Part shown: positions 7,421 through 14,977 of the stretch, in pieces
How positions within the stretch are numbered: the first letter of the stretch is position 1
Layout: each line of letters starts with the position of its first letter
DNA from: an uncultured Nitrospina sp.
Lineage (GTDB): Bacteria > Nitrospinota > Nitrospinia > Nitrospinales > VA-1
Assembly (NCBI GenBank): GCA_913044145.1
Contig: CAJWOD010000001.1
Span: 1-32,916 of the forward strand
Length of the DNA stretch: 32,916 bases
Direction of reading: 5' to 3'
Program-made: the position numbers and the translations under genes
The notes under the pieces: generated by a model
The model's database searches: none
Told to the model about the DNA's origin: nothing
Seen by the model: the letters and a program-made list of their open reading frames with translations, nothing else

Positions 7421-9394
7421 TTATTGTTGTTGCTGCGCAGGAACCGGAACTCCTTCAGGCGCCTTAGCTGGGATTTTCTTGGCTGTCAAACTACCCACCC
7501 AGAAAACCACAACGAACTGAACCCAAACAAATAAGGCGTTGAAGGTAAGCATTTTACCCGCTTCACCAATTGTCAGAGTATAGGCATCTACTGAGTTATC
7601 ACGAACAACCTCCGTTACGTGCCAGAACAATCGCACAGAGGAACGGATATAACCCATGAGACCCATCAACCAAGTGAAGGAAATCGCTAGAAGGAAAATA
7701 GCGTATGTTCCAACCTTAGACTGCGTGCCCCACTGGATATCACCATAAGATTCCGAATCCTTGAACATGGAGATATTGATCGCAGTACCCGCAAACAGAG
7801 TCGTAAGAGTAGATGTTACCTGAGGTACGGAAAGACCAACCCGCTGGTTAGCAGGAAGAAAGTAACCATACACGCCCAGGAAGATAATATTGGCAGCAGC
7901 ACCAATGAAGATCGCTGTAATCCAACAATTACCCACGGTTGCCCATGGCACCGTGATCTTCTTGTTCGCCCTTTGATACAGTAGAAAACAAAGAACCGTA
8001 CAGGTGATCATCAGGTTAACCGCTGTATTCTTAGCTGACATTACACCAAAGTGTCCAACGACTGGATGCTGCGCACCCCCCATTTCTTTCAACTCAGCGG
8101 GGGTCATAACTATGGTATGAGGCGTCATCCACATGGTGAAACAACAGATCAAGAGCAGAACCATGTACTTACAATATTTCATATATCGATGCGATCCCTT
8201 AACCCTCGCCATACCATTGTGCAGATATGAATTCGCGCCGAAGAAAAGCAGACCAATCATTACCGCTTGGATGATGAACAACCAAGCCATGATTCCACCC
8301 ATCAGGGTAATACCCATTTGCTGACGGAACGCATACACTTCTTTCATCAACCAATACCCTGCGAAAGGCAACGGGATCAAACCGAATATCGCAATAAACA
8401 TCGCGACATAACAAACCCAATCGTAATGAGCTTTCTCCTCTTCATTTTTAGCTGTGAGGTAATGGTACGCGGCATAAGCACCAACGATTCCACCCCCGAA
8501 TACAATGTTTCCGAGAATACGATGAACCCCAACTGGGTTCCAAAGCGTGGAATGAATGACATGCCAGATATTTCCCAGAAAACGACCTTCCGAATCAATT
8601 CCACCAGGGGCCTGCATGAAAGTAGCCCAAGAGTTGGCGAGATACATCAGCACCGTTCCGATCAGGTTGAGTAGAACCGAAAGACTACAATGGATCCACT
8701 TAAGGAACTTATCGTCCATCATTTTATCCCAACCATAATAATAAACATAAAGAACACCGGATTCTGCCAAGAACATGAGCGCATAAACGTGCATTACAGG
8801 ACGGAAAATACCTGCCATGTATTTGAAGAACCCAGGAAATAATGTGATAAATGTAAAGAGAAGAATACCCCCAAGAATTGCGGTCCATGAATATGCAGTC
8901 AGACTGACCTTCATGAGGTCTCTGGCTAACCGATCATACTTATCAGCCATCACAGGATCGTCGTCTCTGGTTCTAATTCCGATAAATTCTATGATCATAC
9001 AGAATATCGGTACCGCCAGAACGAAGCTACCAAAGTAGAGGTGTTGTTGGTTTGCAACCCAAAGAATGATTCGACTAGGTGCGAACTCATAAGTATTGTA
9101 GTCTTCCGGGCCTAATTCCGGCGCCGCATAGCCACTAACCGGCCCTTTTAGCGGATTACCTTCCCAGTCCTTATAAAAAACGTCCTGGCTCCACTCAATT
9201 TCCGGTTCGCCTTCGCCTTCAACAGCCTCTTCTGCCTGAACCTCTTTAGCAAAAGCCTCTTCAGCGAAAACTTGCTCTGCAAATGCCTCTTTGGCATCTG
9301 CAATGCCGGTCATTCCTGGAATCAGGTATATGGCTAGCGCCAAAACCAACCCCAGTGACAATGTCCCGATACTACGTGTGTTTTTCCCCAACAT
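7421..9394 (-). CDS. Cytochrome bd-like oxidase subunit (CydA homologue; no CydB partner in the window)
   Basis: 657 aa with about 13-14 hydrophobic segments. By-eye matches to E. coli CydA (recalled from memory) are listed next. QQHLYFGSFVLAVPIF matches AMYHFLFVPLTLGM (His19 region). ALMFLAESGVLYVYYYGWDKM matches [21 protein letters not shown] (Glu99 region). LMYLANSWATFMQAP matches LWILVANGWMQNP. NPVGVHRILGNIVFGG matches NPVAQVKFVHTVASGY (His186 region). The SD AAGGAGG lies upstream of the ATG at 9394. Confidence 0.75.
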   Translation of the reverse strand: MLGKNTRSIGTLSLGLVLALAIYLIPGMTGIADAKEAFAEQVFAEEAFAKEVQAEEAVEGEGEPEIEWSQDVFYKDWEGNPLKGPVSGYAAPELGPEDYNTYEFAPSRIILWVANQQHLYFGSFVLAVPIFCMIIEFIGIRTRDDDPVMADKYDRLARDLMKVSLTAYSWTAILGGILLFTFITLFPGFFKYMAGIFRPVMHVYALMFLAESGVLYVYYYGWDKMMDDKFLKWIHCSLSVLLNLIGTVLMYLANSWATFMQAPGGIDSEGRFLGNIWHVIHSTLWNPVGVHRILGNIVFGGGIVGAYAAYHYLTAKNEEEKAHYDWVCYVAMFIAIFGLIPLPFAGYWLMKEVYAFRQQMGITLMGGIMAWLFIIQAVMIGLLFFGANSYLHNGMARVKGSHRYMKYCKYMVLLLICCFTMWMTPHTIVMTPAELKEMGGAQHPVVGHFGVMSAKNTAVNLMITCTVLCFLLYQRANKKITVPWATVGNCWITAIFIGAAANIIFLGVYGYFLPANQRVGLSVPQVTSTLTTLFAGTAINISMFKDSESYGDIQWGTQSKVGTYAIFLLAISFTWLMGLMGYIRSSVRLFWHVTEVVRDNSVDAYTLTIGEAGKMLTFNALFVWVQFVVVFWVGSLTAKKIPAKAPEGVPVPAQQQQ

Positions 9395-9704
9395 AGCTTT
9401 AACCTCCTTTTGGATCTGATCAGGATCCGTTGCTAGTATTACAAAACTTAAATTAGGTACCTATTTTTTGTTAAATCCAAATTTATCTTCGCTTAGTTTT
9501 TATAGCCTTTTTTTATTAAAAATTTTTCGACAATCCCAAATAAATTCTTCAAAAAATTTTCTGATTCTACAAAAGCCGGTTCAAATCGCTTCAAAACACT
9601 TTAAAAGTAAAAGCAATAAACTCTACAACTCTCTAACTTTAAAGGGTTTTTAGACCCCTTTGTCCTAGCTTTTTTTTGGCGCACAGTTGCCCAAAATGAT
9701 GGTG

Positions 9705-9733
9705 ATTAAAACATAGCCTTTACTATGTGTCAA
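9705..9733 (-). promoter_or_regulatory. Candidate sigma70-type promoter for the bd-like/cytochrome c operon (TTGACA-N17-TTTAAT on the minus strand)
   Basis: On the minus strand, TTGACA is at 9733..9728, followed by a 17-nt spacer and TTTAAT at 9710..9705. It would give a leader of roughly 300 nt before the ATG at 9394. This is sequence pattern only. Confidence 0.3.
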
Positions 9734-9773
9734 GTCAAAATCGACCCCTTCAAGCCTTAAAAATATAATGTTT

Positions 9774-11075
9774 TCAGGATTTTTTTTCAGGCCCATCCAG
9801 TCGCAATTTGACCGAATTTGCATGCCCTCCCAAATCCTCCATTTCTGCTAATAATTGTACCGTTTTACCGCAATTTTGCAAAGCTTCTCTTGTGTAAGAG
9901 ATCAAACTTGTGCGCTTGATAAAATCGTATACCCCAAGAGGCGACGAAAACCGCGCAGTACCACTCGTGGGTAAAACATGATTGGGACCAGCAAGATAGT
10001 CTCCCATTGCCTCCGGGGTATAATGTCCCAGAAATATAGCCCCAGCATTTTGTACCTTTTTAGCCCACTCCTCCGGCTTTTCTAGGGCGAGCTCCAAATG
10101 CTCTGGTGCGATTTTATTTGCCATATCTACCGCATCTTGAAGCGATTCAGTTACCAACAAATAACCATTGTTTCTTAAAGAAATTTCAGCAATATTCCTC
10201 TTATTTAAAGCTTTCACCTGTTTTTCCAATTCCTTTTTGACATTTTCAGCCAAAGCCTCATCCGGAGTTAAAAGAATGGGAACAGCGTCTTCATCATGCT
10301 CTGCCTGAGAAAGCAGGTCGGCGGCCACATAAGAGGGGTTGGCAGAATGGTCCGCCACAATTAGAATCTCACTGGGGCCCGCAATCATATCAATGTCGAC
10401 GATTCCAAAAACTAACCTTTTAGCTAAAGCTACAAATATATTTCCTGGCCCAACAATTTTATCAACTCGTGGAATTGTGCCTGTGCCAAACGCCATGGCC
10501 GCAACCGCTTGCGCTCCTCCAATTTTATAAATTTCCGTGACCCCAGCTAAATCGGCTGCAACCAAAACATGCGGCCGTGTCTGACCCTCAGGAAAAGGAG
10601 AACACATTACTATCCGCTTCACCCCAGCAACCTTTGCGGGAATAGCATTCATCAACACAGATGATGGATAAGAAGCTTTACCGCCCGGGACATAAATCCC
10701 CACAATCTCCAAGGGCTTCACCAACTGCCCAAGAACAATCCCGTCCTCTTGATAAGTCCAAGAGTCCTGCTTCTGTCTTTCATGAAACAACCGAATTCTT
10801 TTTGCAGCTTCCCCTAACGCATCAAGCTCTTCCTGATTAATTTCCTTGTAAGCGGCCTTTATTTCGTCTGAAGTTACCCGAATTTTTTCCAAAGGAAGGG
10901 CGTGACGGTCAAATTGATGGGTCAATCTGAGTACTGCCTCATCACCCTTTTCCTTCACATCATTTAAAATTTTTCGAACCGTTTCATCCTCAGTGAACAA
11001 ATCCATACTCGATCGGTTCACTAGAGTTTCGACTAAATTTTGGTAACCTGGCTCTGAAAATTTGCAAAGCTTCAT
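9774..11075 (-). CDS. hisD: Histidinol dehydrogenase
   Basis: 433 aa with the conserved motifs IAPEHLEL, QAEHDEDA, GDYLAGPNHVLPTSGTARFSSPLGVYDF and IVGPGNIFV. Confidence 0.92.
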   Translation of the reverse strand: MKLCKFSEPGYQNLVETLVNRSSMDLFTEDETVRKILNDVKEKGDEAVLRLTHQFDRHALPLEKIRVTSDEIKAAYKEINQEELDALGEAAKRIRLFHERQKQDSWTYQEDGIVLGQLVKPLEIVGIYVPGGKASYPSSVLMNAIPAKVAGVKRIVMCSPFPEGQTRPHVLVAADLAGVTEIYKIGGAQAVAAMAFGTGTIPRVDKIVGPGNIFVALAKRLVFGIVDIDMIAGPSEILIVADHSANPSYVAADLLSQAEHDEDAVPILLTPDEALAENVKKELEKQVKALNKRNIAEISLRNNGYLLVTESLQDAVDMANKIAPEHLELALEKPEEWAKKVQNAGAIFLGHYTPEAMGDYLAGPNHVLPTSGTARFSSPLGVYDFIKRTSLISYTREALQNCGKTVQLLAEMEDLGGHANSVKLRLDGPEKKS

Positions 11076-11090
11076 TTTAAAAACTCATCC

Positions 11091-11771
11091 TTATTCAAAA
11101 GATATTTCATCAAGAAAAATTTTTGTCTTTCCGCCTACACAAAGCCCCGAATGGGCAATAAGTTTCAAATGTGTGTTAAGAAACTTTAAGTCATCAGGAG
11201 AATCTACATCGTACCAAATGGGTAACAACTCTAAAGACGCTCTCGCCCCCTTAAGTTTCTTTAAAGTTTCATCCAAAACATGTTTTGTTCCCCAAGCAAC
11301 TCCACTAAACACCTCAGAAACCTTACCTGACATGGCTATCAGATAGTAACCTCCATCGGTACTTGGGCCCAACACTAAATCTTTTTCAGAAGCCAATGCC
11401 TTATTTATATATGAAACAGGCAAGGAAGGGCTGTCCGACCCAATGATAACAACCTTCTTATACCCCTCAGCAAATCGATCGACAAAAGCTTGACGCATTT
11501 TGTCCCCAAGGTCCTTTCCCTGCTGGGTAAAGAGATTCATGCCGAGACTCTCAATTCCCTCAAAGAATCCAGAATGATTGTCTGGAGAAATTCCCACGAA
11601 ACATTTGGCGTTATCTACTTGTCGAATTTTTTCAAGACTATCTTCAACAAAGCAGGTATAAAGCTTTAGGATAGTTTCATCATCCAGCGAAGGACTTAAC
11701 CGGGTTTTTACCTGACCTAAGATAGGGTCACGTGCAAACAGAATTACCGCGTTATCTTTATTTTTGTCCAT
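11091..11771 (-). CDS. DUF2064 / TIGR04282-type nucleotidyl(glycosyl)transferase-like protein
   Basis: 226 aa. The N-terminal AVILFARDPILGQVKTRLSP motif is characteristic of DUF2064 (FAK.P.pG.vKTRL). GSDSPSLP and DGGYYLI are also family-typical. It ends 15 nt before the hisD start, so it is probably co-transcribed. Confidence 0.7.
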   Translation of the reverse strand: MDKNKDNAVILFARDPILGQVKTRLSPSLDDETILKLYTCFVEDSLEKIRQVDNAKCFVGISPDNHSGFFEGIESLGMNLFTQQGKDLGDKMRQAFVDRFAEGYKKVVIIGSDSPSLPVSYINKALASEKDLVLGPSTDGGYYLIAMSGKVSEVFSGVAWGTKHVLDETLKKLKGARASLELLPIWYDVDSPDDLKFLNTHLKLIAHSGLCVGGKTKIFLDEISFE

Positions 11772-11951
11772 CCCTTTATTATATCGTCTTGGGCAGGGAA
11801 TGGCTTTTAATGAGATAAAACCCTACCGCGACAAAGAACTTTAACCAATTACTCCGCTACCCAGTGGGTCAATAAGTCAATATCCGATAAGCTAAAAACA
11901 TCTTTAAGCCTTAAAAGACAAATCCCCAAATTGCATTCTCCGGCGAAAAGG

Positions 11952-11980
11952 TTGACTCAACACAGAAAGCCTAATAAAAT
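11952..11980 (+). promoter_or_regulatory. Candidate sigma70-type promoter for the PAP2/GT9 operon (TTGACT-N17-TAAAAT)
   Basis: TTGACT is at 11952..11957, followed by a 17-nt spacer and TAAAAT at 11975..11980. It lies about 100 nt upstream of the 12084 start. Pattern only. Confidence 0.3.
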
Positions 11981-12083
11981 TCAATTATTACTTCTTTTTC
12001 CTCGTATACGTTAAGGAAACTTCACTATCCACGATTTAGATCTTTCGCTATTCTACTGGATCAACCAGCATTTTCAATCCCCA

Positions 12084-12572
12084 ATGATGGATAAGTTTAT
12101 GTTGTTTGTTTCCATCAAGGAAAACTTCTATTTACCCATCCTTATATGTATTGTTGCTCTTCTAGGAATCGGCAAGTACCGAGGGTTCGCCTGCCTTATT
12201 GCAATCGGGATTACAATAGGTTTGACGGATTCAATAGGCCATTATATTTTAAAGGAAGGTATTCAAAGACTTCGCCCCTGTCATGTTATACCACAGGACA
12301 TAGTAGGGCTTGTCAGTTGCTCCAACAGTTTTTCGTTCCCTTCCAACCATGCTGCAAATACATTTGCCGCAGCAACTTTATTGAGTCTTTGTTTCCGCAA
12401 TATCGTCTTTATTTTTATGGTTTTTATTTGTGCGTTAATCGTTTGCTATTCGAGAGTTTACTTAGGAGTCCATTACCCGAGCGATGTTTTAGGAGGAATG
12501 ATTTTTGGCAGTACTCTGGGCTTTCTCGGATATCAGATCTATAGCAGAATTATAAAATACATAAAACTCTAA
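12084..12572 (+). CDS. PAP2-family membrane phosphatase (undecaprenyl-PP / lipid A phosphatase-like)
   Basis: The tripartite acid-phosphatase motif is present: KEGIQRLRP (KxxxxxxRP), PSNH (PSGH-like) and SRVYLGVHYPSDVLGG (SRxxxxxHxxxD). The protein has several TM segments and is 162 aa. Confidence 0.8.
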   Translation: MMDKFMLFVSIKENFYLPILICIVALLGIGKYRGFACLIAIGITIGLTDSIGHYILKEGIQRLRPCHVIPQDIVGLVSCSNSFSFPSNHAANTFAAATLLSLCFRNIVFIFMVFICALIVCYSRVYLGVHYPSDVLGGMIFGSTLGFLGYQIYSRIIKYIKL

Positions 12573-12585
12573 CCAGCCTTATCGC

Positions 12586-13644
12586 ATGAGTTTAAGTAGT
12601 CAAAAAAAATTTCTTATAATCAAATTAAGTGCTTTAGGGGATATCGTTCACGCTTTGCCCGTTGCCCGGACCCTTCGCCAAACATACCCTCAGGCTCACA
12701 TTGCATGGATGATCGAAGAACGTTACAAGGAGCTCTTACACAACAACCCTGACATAGACGAAATTATTCCCATCCGCATAAAATTCTGGAAGAAAAACTG
12801 GACTAGGGAAACCTTAAAGGAAATTCTCCATATTATAAAAAACCTGCGTCAACAAAACTTTGATGTGGTTTTTGACTTACATGGCCTGATAAAAAGTGGT
12901 GTTATTGCGATGCTAAGTGGCGCGCACATTAAGTCTGGATTTCACAGAAAAAACTGTAAGGAAAAAATCAGTTCAATCTTTTCTAATAAAAAAGCGCCTT
13001 ATATGGCTGGCGGAATGCATGTTATAGATATGTACCTGAATCTGGTCCAATCTGCTTTGGAAATCCAAAACAAAGTAAAGCAATTTCCCCTTCCTGAAAC
13101 TCGGAACCAAAAAGTGGAAGACTTTTTTCAACAGCACCCCGAGCTTACCTCCAAAAATATCATTGGTATCAACCCTGGAGCTGGGTTCGAAAGTAAGCTT
13201 TGGGAACTGGAACGATTCGCGCAATTAGCTGATCGCATAACTGTTGAACTTAACTGCTCTATACTATTGACTTGGGGCCCAGGAGAAGAACACAAAACTA
13301 AACAAATCGCAGCATCTATGAAACAGAAATGCTGGGTCGCACCACCTACTTCCATTCAGGAATCTATAGCCCTTTACAAGCACCTAATACTGCTGGTAAG
13401 TTGTGACTCAGGGCCGCTTCATCTATGCGCAGCATTAGGCATCCCTACTGTGTCGATATTTGGGCCTACCGATCCTGCGCGAAATGGGGCTTACGGGTTG
13501 AATCACCAAACCGTACATAAAGTGTTGGCCTGCAGTTTCTGTTGGAAAAGAAAGTGCCCACTGGGAACCAACGAATGTATGACACAAGTCACTGTAGACG
13601 AAGTGTTTGAATCTGTTCGATCCAACCAGAAAAGTAATATGTAA
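12586..13644 (+). CDS. Glycosyltransferase family 9 (ADP-heptose:LPS heptosyltransferase, WaaC/WaaF-like)
   Basis: The N-terminal ILIIKLSALGDIVHALPVARTLRQTYPQAHIAWMIEERY and the C-terminal CDSGPLHLCAALGIPTVSIFGPTDPARNGAYG are GT9 hallmarks. 352 aa. Confidence 0.8.
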   Translation: MSLSSQKKFLIIKLSALGDIVHALPVARTLRQTYPQAHIAWMIEERYKELLHNNPDIDEIIPIRIKFWKKNWTRETLKEILHIIKNLRQQNFDVVFDLHGLIKSGVIAMLSGAHIKSGFHRKNCKEKISSIFSNKKAPYMAGGMHVIDMYLNLVQSALEIQNKVKQFPLPETRNQKVEDFFQQHPELTSKNIIGINPGAGFESKLWELERFAQLADRITVELNCSILLTWGPGEEHKTKQIAASMKQKCWVAPPTSIQESIALYKHLILLVSCDSGPLHLCAALGIPTVSIFGPTDPARNGAYGLNHQTVHKVLACSFCWKRKCPLGTNECMTQVTVDEVFESVRSNQKSNM

Positions 13645-13662
13645 ATTAAGCGAGGTGGTTTT

Positions 13663-13833
13663 ATGGCAATTGACAAAAATTTATTGGATATTCTAGTTTG
13701 TCCAAAATGCAAGGGTGACCTTGAATTAAGCACCAACGAAGATAGCCTCAACTGTAAAGCTTGCAGTTTAAAATACCCTATTAGAGACAATATACCTGTT
13801 ATGCTTATTGACGAAGCCCTTCCATTGGACTAG
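13663..13833 (+). CDS. Trm112/YcaR-family small zinc-ribbon protein (hand-found; not in the ORF track)
   Basis: Manual translation gives MAIDKNLLDILVCPKCKGDLELSTNEDSLNCKACSLKYPIRDNIPVMLIDEALPLD* (56 aa). It has the CPxC...CxxC pattern and an IPVML.DEA tail typical of UPF0434/Trm112. The SD GAGGTGG lies 5-11 nt upstream of the ATG. Confidence 0.7.
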   Translation: MAIDKNLLDILVCPKCKGDLELSTNEDSLNCKACSLKYPIRDNIPVMLIDEALPLD

Positions 13834-13910
13834 CGGCAACCATCAAAATTTTAAAACCAGCAATCGCTACCTCCGAATCGGACACCGCTCTGTAATAATT
13901 GAATTCAAGC

Positions 13911-14966
13911 ATGAAAAAATTCCTACGATCCATCGAGCGTCAAATAAAAAATAGTCTCTGGATATTATTCGGAGTATTTGCCAAAAAAAAGGTCCCCTTG
14001 GCTCCTTTGCCTCTTGATTTTTCAAAAATTTCCAATGTGCTTGTAGTCCGCTCAGACCGATTGGGGGATGTCATACTGTCAACACCGGTTTATGAATCTT
14101 TAAAAACCTCTTTTCCACATTTAAAAATTACAGTGATGGTAAACCCTATACAAGGGGAGGTCCTGGAAGATAACCCTAAAATTTATAAAATTATTAGAAT
14201 CCGACGTAGACAATTTTGGCGTGTCATTCTTGATTCCCGCAAAGAAAAATTTGATCTGGCTATCACACTAAATAAAAAATTCAGTGCTACAGCAACATTC
14301 TTCACTTTGTGGTCTAATGCTAAAGTAATGGCTGGTTATTCCCACCCACAAAATCCATGGAAATATAATATACGGCTTCCGATCGAAACTGTCCCCCAAC
14401 ATGAAATCGAAAACAATTTAGCGCTGCTTAAGTATATGGGGGTACCGCAAATAATCTCACAACCTAAAATCTACTTTAACGAAAATGAAAAAGTGAAAAT
14501 AGGGGAGATCATGAACTCAGGTAAAAGAGAACGGCCTCTTATTCTCGTTAAAACAGGAACTCGTATTGCTGAATGGGGCTGGCAATGGGAAAAGTTTCAG
14601 GCTGTAATAGAACAAACCCTGACAAATAAAATCGCTGATATCTGGTTAATTAATGGGCCCGGGGAAGAAGCAAAGCTGAAATCCCATATTGCGGAGATGA
14701 AGCTCCAGCCCCGACTATTACCACTATTAAAAACAAAAGAACTTGCGCTTCTGATACAACAATGCGATCTTCTTTTATGCAACCACACAGGCATCATGCA
14801 TTTGGCTACTGCTGTTGAAAAACCCGCCTGCGTAATATTCAAGCATGGAGAAATTCAACGTTGGGGACCGAGACACAAGAAAAGTGTGGTTCTTGATGAC
14901 AGATACCAGAATAATTTAACACCCAAAATCGTTATAAATACACTCAAAGAAATTTTGAGAACCTAA
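13911..14966 (+). CDS. Glycosyltransferase family 9 (second heptosyltransferase-like paralogue)
   Basis: VLVVRSDRLGDVILSTPVYESLKTSFPHLKITVMV and the C-terminal CNHTGIMHLATAVEKPACVIF are GT9-like. The track ORF starts at a TTG at 13899. I prefer the in-frame ATG at 13911 (MKKFLRS...). The start is uncertain. Confidence 0.72.
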   Translation: MKKFLRSIERQIKNSLWILFGVFAKKKVPLAPLPLDFSKISNVLVVRSDRLGDVILSTPVYESLKTSFPHLKITVMVNPIQGEVLEDNPKIYKIIRIRRRQFWRVILDSRKEKFDLAITLNKKFSATATFFTLWSNAKVMAGYSHPQNPWKYNIRLPIETVPQHEIENNLALLKYMGVPQIISQPKIYFNENEKVKIGEIMNSGKRERPLILVKTGTRIAEWGWQWEKFQAVIEQTLTNKIADIWLINGPGEEAKLKSHIAEMKLQPRLLPLLKTKELALLIQQCDLLLCNHTGIMHLATAVEKPACVIFKHGEIQRWGPRHKKSVVLDDRYQNNLTPKIVINTLKEILRT

Positions 14967-14977
14967 ATGGAAATAAA

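Noticed and set aside
8133-8738. Several ORFs on both strands inside the CydA-like gene (for example 8267..8674 +, 8199..8420 -, 8377..8604 -)
   Set aside because: All are nested in the 657-aa gene, whose frame is supported by CydA similarity along its length. There is no independent evidence for them.
9575-9590. GGTTCAAATC, a tRNA T-loop-like string
   Set aside because: The flanking bases do not form a T-stem. No acceptor or anticodon arms can be drawn, so it is not a tRNA.
9468-9653. 61-aa plus-strand ORF in the bd-like operon upstream region
   Set aside because: It has a TTG start, no SD, and a low-complexity Ser/Leu/Lys/Phe composition arising from A/T-rich DNA. It is most likely non-coding leader or promoter sequence.
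12146-12544. 132-aa ORF in an alternative frame of the PAP2 gene (same strand)
   Set aside because: The PAP2 frame carries the complete tripartite phosphatase motif. The alternative frame is Arg/Cys/Tyr-rich with no motifs.
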